Numbered from the stretch's first letter, positions 7,864 through 16,743 are shown. The stretch is 18,365 nt of DNA from Gemmatimonadota bacterium (GCA_031372565.1 JANMLN010000182.1:1-18365); one strand, 5' to 3'. Program-made: numbers and translations. The notes: a model not told the origin generated them from the sequence alone.

Positions 7864-7910
7864 GCTTTATGGCCATCACGTGCTGGAATATGTGATGGCC
7901 ATAAAGCTTT
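7864..7910 (+). terminator. 16-bp perfect inverted repeat after the sigma gene; intrinsic terminator or operator
   Basis: gctttatggccatcac (7864-7879) / gtgatggccataaagc (7892-7907), followed by only ttt. Confidence 0.6.
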
Positions 7911-8098
7911 GCTCAACAGCAGTTTAGACGACTCTCGCTGCACTGTTTTCGCGTAAACACATGTAACTTTCTGGCTGGTGACAGCACGCAGGGCGGTGGG
8001 CGGTTGGCCCTGCGTGCAGGCCGGAAAACCGCCCGGAAGAGCGCACTCGACGTCGCCCCGCGCGCGGTCTGAGAGCACCCCGGACTCGCGCGGACGGA

Positions 8099-8142
8099 TG
8101 CCGACCGCGCGCGGACCGCGTGCCGACCGCGTGCCGACTCGG
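8099..8142 (+). repeat. 11-bp tandem repeat, 4 imperfect copies
   Basis: tgccgaccgcg cgcggaccgcg tgccgaccgcg tgccgactcgg. Confidence 0.65.
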
Positions 8143-8190
8143 GACCACAACCCGACGCGTGCCGCCGGATGCCAAGGCGAATTCCTGGCC

Positions 8191-8217
8191 GGAACCACCA
8201 CGCGAGCCTCGTGTATT
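8191..8217 (+). promoter_or_regulatory. Possible ECF-type promoter for the anti-sigma gene
   Basis: GGAAC-N17-GTATT, ending 11 nt before ATG 8229; AAC at -35 and GT at -10 are typical of ECF promoters. Confidence 0.35.
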
Positions 8218-8228
8218 GGGTCGCGACC

Positions 8229-8813
8229 ATGCATTCATCACATGCCCTCACCTGTCGCCGTTTCCGCGCTCAACACGCGGAATGGGTGGACCTCGACCTC
8301 AAGCTCGAGCAGGCGCTCGCAATGGAACGCCACTCGGCGGAGTGTCCCGCCTGTCGCACCCACGACACGAGTGTGCGCCGTGCCCTGCTGGTCATGCGCA
8401 ACATGCCCGACATGCGTCCGTCGGCGCACTTCATGGCGTCGCTGGAAGAGCGGCTCGCCGGTGAGCGGGAGGCGCATCGCGCTTCGGTCTCTCGGCATCG
8501 GCCGCCGACCGGGCGGGCGATGATCGTGGTCGCGGCGAGTCTGATCGCGATGGCCTGGCTGAGCGAGCGCCGGCCACCCGCGGGCCTACCGATGGCGGAG
8601 CAGGCCGCGCTCGCGCTGCCGCGTGAGGTGCCGTCGGTCGAGATGCCGCGTGCGGATGTGCGATCGGCACCGCTACGCGGCACGGCGGCGGTGCGCGTGG
8701 TGAGTGTGCAGCGCGCGTCGGAACCGGTGTGGGCGCCCGCGCCGCTGGGGGTGACGTCGGGGGGGTTGGCGCCGACGATGGTGGCGGTGAGTTATAGAGC
8801 GGGGGCGCGGTAG
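8229..8813 (+). CDS. zf-HC2 (ZAS) membrane-anchored anti-sigma factor
   Basis: N-terminal TCRRFR followed by HSAECPAC (HxxxCxxC), a single TM segment MIVVAASLIAMAWL, and position downstream of an ECF sigma gene. Confidence 0.85.
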   Translation: MHSSHALTCRRFRAQHAEWVDLDLKLEQALAMERHSAECPACRTHDTSVRRALLVMRNMPDMRPSAHFMASLEERLAGEREAHRASVSRHRPPTGRAMIVVAASLIAMAWLSERRPPAGLPMAEQAALALPREVPSVEMPRADVRSAPLRGTAAVRVVSVQRASEPVWAPAPLGVTSGGLAPTMVAVSYRAGAR

Positions 8814-8821
8814 GGGGAGGA

Positions 8822-8895
8822 GGAGAAGCAGGTCCTTCGCTTCGCTCAGGACGACGACGGGGAGAAGCAGGTCCTTCGCTTCGCTCAGGACGACG
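8822..8895 (-). repeat. Two exact 35-bp direct repeats (period 39), each containing a CGTC-type REP palindrome
   Basis: ggagaagcaggtccttcgcttcgctcaggacgacg at 8822-8856 and 8861-8895; gtcct/aggac stem. Confidence 0.9.
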
Positions 8896-8914
8896 GGGGG
8901 CTAATTTCCGCGCC

Positions 8915-9976
8915 ATGAGCGCCGCTGCCGACAAGTCCCAGAAGAAGCTGGCCGATGCGATCGCCGCCGAGCGCTTTCCGAGCGCGTATCTGCTGCACGG
9001 CGCCGACGACTATCGCAAAGACGAGGCGCTCAAGCGACTGCTGCGCGCGGCGGTGGACGAGAGCACGCGGGACTTCAATCTCGATGTGCGCCGCGGCACC
9101 GAGGTCGACGCCGAGACGATCGCGTCGCTGCTCTCCACGCCACCGATGATGGCCACGCGGCGCGTCGTGGTGCTCAAGGACCCCGACGCCATGAAGAAAG
9201 TGGCGCGCGACGCACTCGACCGCTGGCTCGCGAAGCCGGAGCCGGACGTGCTGCTCGTGCTCGTCTCACCGGCCGGCGCGAAGGCGGACAAGAAGCTCGT
9301 GGATGCCACCGACGATGTCGCCTTCGACCTGCTCGATGGCGACAAGATCGGCGCGTGGGTCGCGCGGCACGCCAAGGCGCTGGGCGCCGACATCGCGCCG
9401 GAGGCGGTGACGCTGCTCGTCAGTGCGGTGGGGAACGATCCGGGGTCGATCGCGATGGAGCTCGACAAGCTGGCGTCGTTCACCAATGGCGCACTGATCG
9501 ACGAAGCAGCGGTGGCCGAGATCGTCGGCATTCGGCGTGGCGAAACGCTGGGCGACCTGCTCGATGCGGTGGGGCGACAGGAGACCGCGCGCGCGCTCAC
9601 GCTCGTGGACCATGTGTTGACACAGCCCAAGCTCACGGGGGTGCAAGTGGTGATGGCGCTGGCCACCCAGACGTTGGCGCTCGCGTGGGGCCGCGCGAAG
9701 CGGGACGCCGGCATGCCAGCACCGCAACTCGAGCGTGCATACTGGGACCTGCTCAAGGGGAGCGGCGCGTACACCGGTCGGCCGTGGAATGATGCCGTGA
9801 GCGCGTGGGGCAGCATGACGATGAAGTGGACACTCCCGGAGCTGGATCGTGCCATCGAGGCGCTGCTCGCTGCGGATCTCGCGCTCAAGGACACCAAGGT
9901 CTCGAGCGTCGAACAGATCGTGTCGTCGGCCATTCTCGCGATGGGGGCGGCGTCGAACCGCCGCCGCGCGGCGTGA
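8915..9976 (+). CDS. holA: DNA polymerase III subunit delta
   Basis: YLLHGADDY, DFNLD, TPPMMATRRVVVLK, ELDKL, AD..LK; 353 aa. Confidence 0.92.
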   Translation: MSAAADKSQKKLADAIAAERFPSAYLLHGADDYRKDEALKRLLRAAVDESTRDFNLDVRRGTEVDAETIASLLSTPPMMATRRVVVLKDPDAMKKVARDALDRWLAKPEPDVLLVLVSPAGAKADKKLVDATDDVAFDLLDGDKIGAWVARHAKALGADIAPEAVTLLVSAVGNDPGSIAMELDKLASFTNGALIDEAAVAEIVGIRRGETLGDLLDAVGRQETARALTLVDHVLTQPKLTGVQVVMALATQTLALAWGRAKRDAGMPAPQLERAYWDLLKGSGAYTGRPWNDAVSAWGSMTMKWTLPELDRAIEALLAADLALKDTKVSSVEQIVSSAILAMGAASNRRRAA

Positions 9977-11004
9977 CGACGCACACGCACACGTACACGC
10001 ACAAACACACGTACACGCCAGCGCGGGTGCTCGGCGCGCGCGTGCGAGCGGTCGTACGCCTGGCGGTAGTGATGGCAAGCCTGTCCGCGTCCGCGCATGC
10101 GCAGGCCAGCGCGCCCACCGACAGTGTGCTGCGTCGTGCGCAGCGCCTGGTGACCGATGGTCAAGGCGCGGCGGGGCGCGCGCTCATCGACACGGTGGTG
10201 AGTCAGGCGGCCACGCAGCCTGCGCGCATGGCCGAGGCGCTCTTCTGGCGTGCCGCGCTGGCCGAGCAGGCCGCGACGGCCGAGCGTGACTACCAGCGCG
10301 TGACGGTGGAGCATGCGTTGTCGCCGTGGTCGGGCGAAGCGCTGCTGCGGCTCGGACAGTTGGCGTATGCGCGTGGCGAGCGGACGGCGGCGTTGCGCGC
10401 CTTCGCGCGCTTGGTGGTGGAGCAGGCCGAGACGCCGATCGCGCCGGTGGGCCTCTTCTGGAAGGGGCGCGTGCTGCTGGAGCAAGGGGAGATGGGGCCC
10501 GCCTGCGATGCGCTGCGCGATGCGGCGCGCCGCGCGGCGCCGAACGCGCTCGAGCTGCGCAATCAGGTGGAGTTCTATGCGCAGCGCTGCCGCGACGTGG
10601 GGAGTGCCGCTCCGGCTCCGTCGACGGCCGTCGCAACGTCCCCCACCGTGCCGCCGACGAGCGCGACTTCGTCGACTGGCGGTGCGGCATCGGCGAGCCG
10701 CGCGGAGGCAGCGACGGCTGTGCCACCGGGCGCTGAGCCAGCACCGGCGCCACGTGCGAAGCCGCGTGCGCCAACCGCCACCTGGGCGCTGCAGGTCAGC
10801 GCACACAGCTCACGCGCTGAAGCGGCCAGGGCGGCGCGGACGCTCACGAACCGCGGCTACGCGGCGCGCGTCGACGGCACCACCGCACCGTTTCGCGTTC
10901 GCATCGGTGCGTACGCCACCGAGGCGGAGGCACTCAAGGACCAGGCACGCGCGAAGAAGAAGGGGCTCAAGGGCGCGCGGGTGGTGCGCGTGGAGGCGCC
11001 GTGA
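9973..11004 (+). CDS. Exported TPR-like + SPOR domain protein
   Basis: The GTG overlaps the holA stop. Signal peptide ending in AHA-Q, helical repeats (EALFWRA, EALLRLGQL, LFWKGRV), Ala/Pro/Thr linker, and a SPOR-like C-terminus (WALQV.A...FRVRIGAYATEAEA). The start is uncertain. Confidence 0.85.
   Translation: MTTHTHTYTHKHTYTPARVLGARVRAVVRLAVVMASLSASAHAQASAPTDSVLRRAQRLVTDGQGAAGRALIDTVVSQAATQPARMAEALFWRAALAEQAATAERDYQRVTVEHALSPWSGEALLRLGQLAYARGERTAALRAFARLVVEQAETPIAPVGLFWKGRVLLEQGEMGPACDALRDAARRAAPNALELRNQVEFYAQRCRDVGSAAPAPSTAVATSPTVPPTSATSSTGGAASASRAEAATAVPPGAEPAPAPRAKPRAPTATWALQVSAHSSRAEAARAARTLTNRGYAARVDGTTAPFRVRIGAYATEAEALKDQARAKKKGLKGARVVRVEAP
9979..10014 (+). repeat. Hexamer repeat (acgcac/acgtac x6) encoding THTHTYTHKHTY
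   Basis: acgcac acgcac acgtac acgcac aaacac acgtac. Confidence 0.75.
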
Positions 11005-13628
11005 GCGGTACCACCGAGACCGCCACGCCGCTCATGCAGCAGTACCGCGAGATCAAGTCGCAACATCAGGACGCGATCCTGCTGTTCCGGATGGGCGACT
11101 TCTACGAGATGTTCTACGAGGACGCGCAGGTGGCATCGCGCGTGCTGGGGCTGACGCTCACATCGCGCAACAATGGCGGCGCTGCCGAAGTGCCGCTGGC
11201 CGGCGTGCCGGTGAAGGCGGTGACCGACTATCTGCGCCGCCTCGTGCAAGGCGGGTTCCGCGTGGCGATCTGTGAGCAGATCGAAGATCCCAAGCTCGCC
11301 AAGGGGATCGTCAAGCGCGCCGTGATCGAAACGATCACGCCGGGCGCGGCGATGAGCGACGACCTGCTCGATGGCGGCCGCAACAACTGGCTGTGTGCGG
11401 TGCACGCGCCGGTCGGCAGTGCGAGCGTGGGGTTCGCCGCGGCGGATCTCTCGACGGGCGAGTTCCGGCTCGCGGTGCTCCCGCTGCGCGCCCTGGACGT
11501 GACGATGGGGCGGTTCACGCCGCGCGAGCTGCTGATCGCACGTGGCAGTGCGTGGCCGCCGGTGGCGGTGCCGTCGCTGGGTGACCGCGCGCTGGTCACG
11601 GAGCGCGATGGCTGGGAGTTCGATCCCGCGCTCGCGGCCGACGATCTGGCACGACAGTTCAGCGTGCGCGGCCTCGAAGGGTTCGGGCTCGAGCGCGCGG
11701 ACGATGTGGCCGTCGGAGCGGCCGGCGCGCTGCTCCGCTACCTGCGCGCGCTGCAGCCGGGGGGGCTGCCGCATCTGGCGCGCCCGGTGCTCGAGCGCAC
11801 GGGGACGCAGATGCCGCTCGACGAGATGACGCGGCGCAATCTCGAGCTGGTGGAGTCGATGCAGGGGGGCGGCACGGCGGACACGCTGCTCGAGGTGCTC
11901 GACCGCACCACCACGCCGATGGGCGCACGGTTGCTGCGCCACTGGTTGCTCGCGCCGCTCCTGCAGCGCTCGGACATCGACGCCCGACTCGATGCGGTCA
12001 GCGCGCTCGTCCATGACGCGATCGCGCGCGAGGCGCTGCGCGAAGCGCTCGATGGCGTGCGCGACGTGGAGCGATTGGCCGGGAAGGCGGCTGCGGGCCG
12101 AGCGAACCCGCGGGAGCTGCGCGCGCTCGGCGACTCGCTCGGTCGTCTGCCGGCCGTGCAGCAGGCGCTGTCGCGGCTGCCGAGCGTCGGCGTGCTGGGC
12201 CCGATCGCGGCGGGGTGGGATTCGTGCGAAGCGCTCGCGCAGCGCATCGGCCGCACACTCGTGGCGCGGCCTCCGGTGGCGGTGGGCGACGACGAGGACA
12301 CGATTGCCGCCGGGGTCGACGCCGATCTCGACCAACTGCGCTCGCTGCGCACGGGTGGCACCGATGCGATCGCGGCGATCCAGGCGGCGGAGCGCGCGCG
12401 CACCGGCATCAACTCGCTCAAGGTCGGCTACAACCGGGTGTTCGGGTACTTCATCGAGGTGACGAACGCGAACCGGCACCTGGTACCCGACGACTACCAG
12501 CGCCGGCAGACGTTGACCGGGGCCGAGCGGTACGTGACGGCCGCGCTCAAGGAACACGAAGAGCAGGTGATGAACGCGACCGACCAGATCGCGGGGCGCG
12601 AGCGCGCGCTGTTCGAGGCGTTGCGCACGGAGGCAGGACTCGCGATCGGGCGGCTGCAGGCGGTGGCGCAGGCGGTGGCCACGCTCGACGTGCTGGCCGC
12701 GCTCGCGGAGAGCGCGGTGGCGGAAGGGTATTGCCGCCCCGTGGTGACGGACGAGTTCTCGCTGGTGATTGCGGCCGGGCGACATCCGGTGGTGGAGCGG
12801 ATGATGCCGCGCGAGCGGTTCATCCCGAACGACGTGTCGCTCACGGCCGACGCCCGCGTGATCGTGCTGACCGGACCGAACATGGCCGGAAAAAGTACCA
12901 TTTTGCGACAAATTGGCCTGATCGTGCTGATGGCGCAGGTCGGGAGCTGGGTGCCGGCGACCTCGGCGACGATCGGGATCGCGGACCGGGTGTTCACGCG
13001 CGTGGGGGCGAGCGACCAGCTGGCGCGCGGGCAGAGCACCTTCATGGTGGAGATGTCGGAGACGAGCGCCATCCTGCATGGCGCGACGGCGCGGAGCCTG
13101 ATCCTGCTCGACGAGATCGGGCGTGGCACGAGCACGTACGACGGCGTCTCGATCGCGTGGAGCGTGACCGAGCACCTGCACGACGTGACGGGGGCCAAGT
13201 GCGTGTTCGCCACGCACTATCACGAACTGGTGCAGCTGGCCGATGAATTAGGTGCAGTGCGCAACTATAACGTGGCCGTGCGCGAAACCGGCGACCAGGT
13301 GCTCTTCCTGCACCGGTTGCAGCCCGGTGGCGCGGACCGCAGCTACGGCATCGAAGTGGGGCGCCTGGCGGGGTTGCCCCCCGCCGTGATCGCGCGCGCC
13401 AAGCAGGTGCTGGCGTTGCTCGAGGGGGAGGCGCTCGTGCCGGCGCTGGCGGGGCAGGGTCCGGCGCGCCGACCGGTGGCCCCGCCCGATCAGCTGCCGC
13501 TCTTTGGCGTGGCACCGAACCCGCTCGTCGAGCGGCTGGCGGCGCTCGACGCGAACACCGTGACCCCGCTCGAGGCGCTGCGGCTGCTCGACGAGCTGGC
13601 CCGCGCCGCCCGCGGCGGGGGCGTGTAG
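11001..13628 (+). CDS. mutS: DNA mismatch repair protein MutS
   Basis: TPLMQQY, RMGDFYEMF, GPNMAGKST, FTRVGASD, STFMVEM, DEIGRGTST, FATHYHEL, SYGIEV. Confidence 0.99.
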   Translation: MSGTTETATPLMQQYREIKSQHQDAILLFRMGDFYEMFYEDAQVASRVLGLTLTSRNNGGAAEVPLAGVPVKAVTDYLRRLVQGGFRVAICEQIEDPKLAKGIVKRAVIETITPGAAMSDDLLDGGRNNWLCAVHAPVGSASVGFAAADLSTGEFRLAVLPLRALDVTMGRFTPRELLIARGSAWPPVAVPSLGDRALVTERDGWEFDPALAADDLARQFSVRGLEGFGLERADDVAVGAAGALLRYLRALQPGGLPHLARPVLERTGTQMPLDEMTRRNLELVESMQGGGTADTLLEVLDRTTTPMGARLLRHWLLAPLLQRSDIDARLDAVSALVHDAIAREALREALDGVRDVERLAGKAAAGRANPRELRALGDSLGRLPAVQQALSRLPSVGVLGPIAAGWDSCEALAQRIGRTLVARPPVAVGDDEDTIAAGVDADLDQLRSLRTGGTDAIAAIQAAERARTGINSLKVGYNRVFGYFIEVTNANRHLVPDDYQRRQTLTGAERYVTAALKEHEEQVMNATDQIAGRERALFEALRTEAGLAIGRLQAVAQAVATLDVLAALAESAVAEGYCRPVVTDEFSLVIAAGRHPVVERMMPRERFIPNDVSLTADARVIVLTGPNMAGKSTILRQIGLIVLMAQVGSWVPATSATIGIADRVFTRVGASDQLARGQSTFMVEMSETSAILHGATARSLILLDEIGRGTSTYDGVSIAWSVTEHLHDVTGAKCVFATHYHELVQLADELGAVRNYNVAVRETGDQVLFLHRLQPGGADRSYGIEVGRLAGLPPAVIARAKQVLALLEGEALVPALAGQGPARRPVAPPDQLPLFGVAPNPLVERLAALDANTVTPLEALRLLDELARAARGGGV

Positions 13629-13664
13629 CTTTCGCGGCGTCTGTCCTCCCACGCCCACCGCGTC

Positions 13665-15062
13665 ATGACGTCCGCGCCGCGCCACACCATCCCGTACGAC
13701 AGCGTCCTCGACACGATCGGCTGGACGCCCCTCATCCGCCTGTCGCGTGTCACCAGCGGGATCCGCACGCCGGTGTACGGCAAGGCCGATTTCTTCAATC
13801 CGGGCGGCTCGGTGAAGGACCGGATCGGACTGCCCATCATCCTGGCAGCCGAACGGAGCGGGGCGCTCAAGCCGGGGGGCACGATCGTCGAGGGGACGAG
13901 TGGCAACACCGGCGTGGGGCTCGCGCTCGCGGCGGCACTGCGCGGCTACAAGTGCATCTTCACGATGCCCGACAAGATGTCGCAGGAGAAGGTGCGGCTG
14001 CTCAAGGCGTACGGCGCTGAAGTGATCATCACCCCCACGGCGGTGGGACCGGATCATCCGGACAACTACGTGATGATGGCCAAGCGGATTGCCAAGGAGA
14101 CCCCCGGCGCGATTCTCGCCAACCAGTTCGACAACCAGTCCAACCCGGACGCGCACTACGCGACCACGGGGCCCGAGCTCTGGACGCAGACGGCCGGCAA
14201 GATCACCCACTTCGTGGCGGCGGCTGGCACCGGGGGCACTATCAGCGGGACGGGGCGCTACCTCAAGGAGCAGAACCCCAACGTGCGCATGGTGGCCGCC
14301 GATCCGGCCGGGTCGATTCTCGCCGAGATGTGGCGGACCAAGGGGGTCGAGCACGGTCCGGGTGCGCCGTACAAGGTCGAAGGGATCGGACAGGACAAGG
14401 TGCCGCACACGCTCGACATGAGCGTGATCGATGACTACCGCACGGTGAACGACAAGGATGCGTTCGCGATGGCGCGTCGCCTCACGCGCGAGGAAGGATT
14501 GTTCGTGGGCGGGTCGGCCGGGCTGATCACGCATGCCGCGCTGCAGCTGGCGCGCGAGCTCGATGATCCGAACGCCTGCGTCGTCACCTTCCTGTGCGAC
14601 ACCGGCGAGCGCTACCTGTCGAAAGTGTTCAACGACGAGTGGATGCGCGAGAACCAGCTGCTCGATCCCGATCGTGCGACGCTCGAGCAGGTGCTGGCGT
14701 CGAAGCGCGGCGACCTGCCGGCGCTCGTCAGCGTGCCGCCGACGGCGATGGTGCGCCAGGCGCTCAAGCTGATGGCGACGCACGACGTGTCGCAGCTGCC
14801 CGTGATGGACGGCGTGGTGTGCGTGGGCGCGGTGGACGAGACGACGCTCACGGCCAAGGCGCTCGACAACACACGCTTGCTCGACTGGACCGTGGCGGAC
14901 GTCATGGAGGCGCCGCTCCCGGTGGCCGATGTGCGCGATCCGGTGGATCAGGTGGCCAAGGTGCTCTCGAAGCAGAACCCGGCGGTGCTGGTGCTGGAGA
15001 ATGGGCACCTGGCCGGCGTCGTGACGCGCTCGGATGTCCTGCAGTTCCTGATGGCGCGATGA
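13665..15062 (+). CDS. Cystathionine beta-synthase-like PLP enzyme with a C-terminal CBS domain pair
   Basis: NPGGSVKDR (PLP lysine), EGTSGNTG, GTGGT, YKVEGIG, DTGERYLSK.FNDEW, then tandem CBS domains. Confidence 0.92.
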   Translation: MTSAPRHTIPYDSVLDTIGWTPLIRLSRVTSGIRTPVYGKADFFNPGGSVKDRIGLPIILAAERSGALKPGGTIVEGTSGNTGVGLALAAALRGYKCIFTMPDKMSQEKVRLLKAYGAEVIITPTAVGPDHPDNYVMMAKRIAKETPGAILANQFDNQSNPDAHYATTGPELWTQTAGKITHFVAAAGTGGTISGTGRYLKEQNPNVRMVAADPAGSILAEMWRTKGVEHGPGAPYKVEGIGQDKVPHTLDMSVIDDYRTVNDKDAFAMARRLTREEGLFVGGSAGLITHAALQLARELDDPNACVVTFLCDTGERYLSKVFNDEWMRENQLLDPDRATLEQVLASKRGDLPALVSVPPTAMVRQALKLMATHDVSQLPVMDGVVCVGAVDETTLTAKALDNTRLLDWTVADVMEAPLPVADVRDPVDQVAKVLSKQNPAVLVLENGHLAGVVTRSDVLQFLMAR

Positions 15063-16087
15063 CCGCTCGACGGATCGTCGTGCTGCTCGGCGGGTCCTCG
15101 GCGGAGCGGGACGTATCGTTGACGTCGGGGACGCGGATCGCGGCGGCACTCCGGAGCCGCGGCCACACGGTCACCTGCGTGGACCCCACCACCGGGCTGC
15201 TCACGAGGGCGGCGGAGCAGGCGATTCTCGACCGGGTGATCGGGACCGCGCCGCCGACGCGCGAGGCGTTGGCCGCGCTGGCGCGCTCGTCCGGCGGCTT
15301 CGATCCGGTGCACCTGCTGAGCCCGGAGGTGCGGAACGCCGAAGTCGCGTTCCTCGCGCTGCACGGCGGTGCTGGCGAGGACGGGCGGGTGCAGGCGGTG
15401 CTGGACCTGCTCGGCGTGCCGTACACCGGGGCGAACCATGTCGGGAGCGCGCTCGCGATGGACAAGGACGTGAGCAAGGTCCTGTTCCGGGCGGCCAATG
15501 TGCCAACGGCAGACTGGCGGATGGCACCGGTGGCCGAGCGTGAGGTGTTGGAGGCGCTCGGACTCCCGGTCATCGTGAAGCCAAGCAAGCAGGGGTCGAC
15601 TGTGGGCCTGACGGTGGTGAAGTCGGCCGAGGCGCTGGCTCCGGCGATTGCCGAGGCATCGCTGTACGACGACGAGGTGATGGTCGAGCGGTTCATCGCC
15701 GGGCGGGAGCTGACCGTGGCGGTTCTGGACGGGGTGGCGCTCCCTGTAGGGGAGATCATCCCGCGTCACGAGATCTACGATTACGAGTGCAAGTACACGG
15801 CGGGGATGGCGCGCGAGGAATTTCCCGCCAACTTGGAGGAGGCGCAGGTGACGACGGTTCAGCGACTGGCGCTGGCTGCGTTCCGTGCCTTGAAGCTGCG
15901 CGGCTATGCGCGCATCGATTTCCGCTTGGGAGAAGACGGCGTGTTCTATTGTCTGGAAGCGAATACCCTGCCGGGGATGACGGCGCTCTCGCTGGTTCCG
16001 CAGGCTGCGCTCGCAGTCGGGATTCCATTCGACGTACTCTGTGAACGCATCGCGGAGTCGGCGCTGACATCGGAGGGCATCGCATGA
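15059..16087 (+). CDS. ddl: D-alanine--D-alanine ligase
   Basis: ATG 15059 overlaps the upstream TGA; LLGGSSAERDVSL.SG, LHGGAGEDG, MDKD..K, KPSKQGS, YDYECKY, RIDF, EANTLPGMT. The omega-loop tyrosine is as in D-Ala-D-Ala ligases. Confidence 0.97.
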   Translation: MTARRIVVLLGGSSAERDVSLTSGTRIAAALRSRGHTVTCVDPTTGLLTRAAEQAILDRVIGTAPPTREALAALARSSGGFDPVHLLSPEVRNAEVAFLALHGGAGEDGRVQAVLDLLGVPYTGANHVGSALAMDKDVSKVLFRAANVPTADWRMAPVAEREVLEALGLPVIVKPSKQGSTVGLTVVKSAEALAPAIAEASLYDDEVMVERFIAGRELTVAVLDGVALPVGEIIPRHEIYDYECKYTAGMAREEFPANLEEAQVTTVQRLALAAFRALKLRGYARIDFRLGEDGVFYCLEANTLPGMTALSLVPQAALAVGIPFDVLCERIAESALTSEGIA

Positions 16088-16743
16088 CGACAACGATGCA
16101 GACCGCCGCACTGGCCGGCGTGCCGAGCGGGGTCCAGTCGTCCGGGGTGTGGGCGGGACGTCGGCAGCTGTTCATCCGCTTTGCCGGTGAAGCGGAGACG
16201 GCGACGATGTACACGTCGGGAGCGCTGGTGCGCGAGCTGTCGAAGATTGCGGGGCGCGCCACCTTCCATTCGCTCTGTGCGGGCGGACGCGATGTGCTTG
16301 GCAATAGCGCGTTCCTCGCCGAATCGTTGACGGCGCTCAAGCCGCAGCTGCCGGTGATGCTCGACACGGACGGCCAGCGGCCCGAGGCGCTGGGCCCGCT
16401 CAAGGGGCTCCTGACGCTGGTGCAGGTGACGATTCCGTTCGTGTCGGAGCCGGCCAACGAGCTGGCGCTCGAGACGCTCAAGGTGGCGGTCCAGCACGGC
16501 TACCGGCATGCGCTCGTCCTGGCGCCGCGCGACGAGACGCCGGACCCGCTGATGCTGCGCGTGATCGAGCGGGCGAGCACGATCAGCAAGGAGACGGCGA
16601 TCGTGATCCACCCGAGCCCGGCGGCGGTGGAGCGTGGCGGGACACTGGAGCGTCGGTGGGCGTCGCTGCTCGAGTCGACGAGCTCGCTGCACGCCAATGT
16701 GCGGTTGATCCTGCGCGTACCGCCCCCGGCGGGGCTGCGCTAG
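16084..16743 (+). CDS. Hypothetical protein, degenerate QueE/radical-SAM-like and lacking CxxxCxxC
   Basis: ATGA coupling to ddl. VQSSGVWAGRRQLFIRFAG, CAGGRDVL, LDTDG, IHP and VRLI are collinear with QueE motifs; the protein has only one cysteine. Confidence 0.75.
   Translation: MTTTMQTAALAGVPSGVQSSGVWAGRRQLFIRFAGEAETATMYTSGALVRELSKIAGRATFHSLCAGGRDVLGNSAFLAESLTALKPQLPVMLDTDGQRPEALGPLKGLLTLVQVTIPFVSEPANELALETLKVAVQHGYRHALVLAPRDETPDPLMLRVIERASTISKETAIVIHPSPAAVERGGTLERRWASLLESTSSLHANVRLILRVPPPAGLR

Noticed and set aside
7962..7992. TGTAAC as an ECF -35 element
   Set aside because: No matching CGTA/CGAC-type -10 at 16-17 nt spacing, and no clear downstream gene start.
8822..8895. 35-bp direct repeats as a mini CRISPR array
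   Set aside because: Only two copies, 4 nt apart, no cas genes, and a related copy is dispersed at 4954; this fits a REP.
14594..15058. 155-codon N-terminal extension of Ddl in the ORF track
   Set aside because: It overlaps the CBS domains in another frame; Ddl homology starts at the coupled ATG 15059.
15059..16087. Van-type D-Ala-D-Lac ligase
   Set aside because: YDYECKY keeps the DdlB-type tyrosine, and no vanH/vanX-like genes are nearby.
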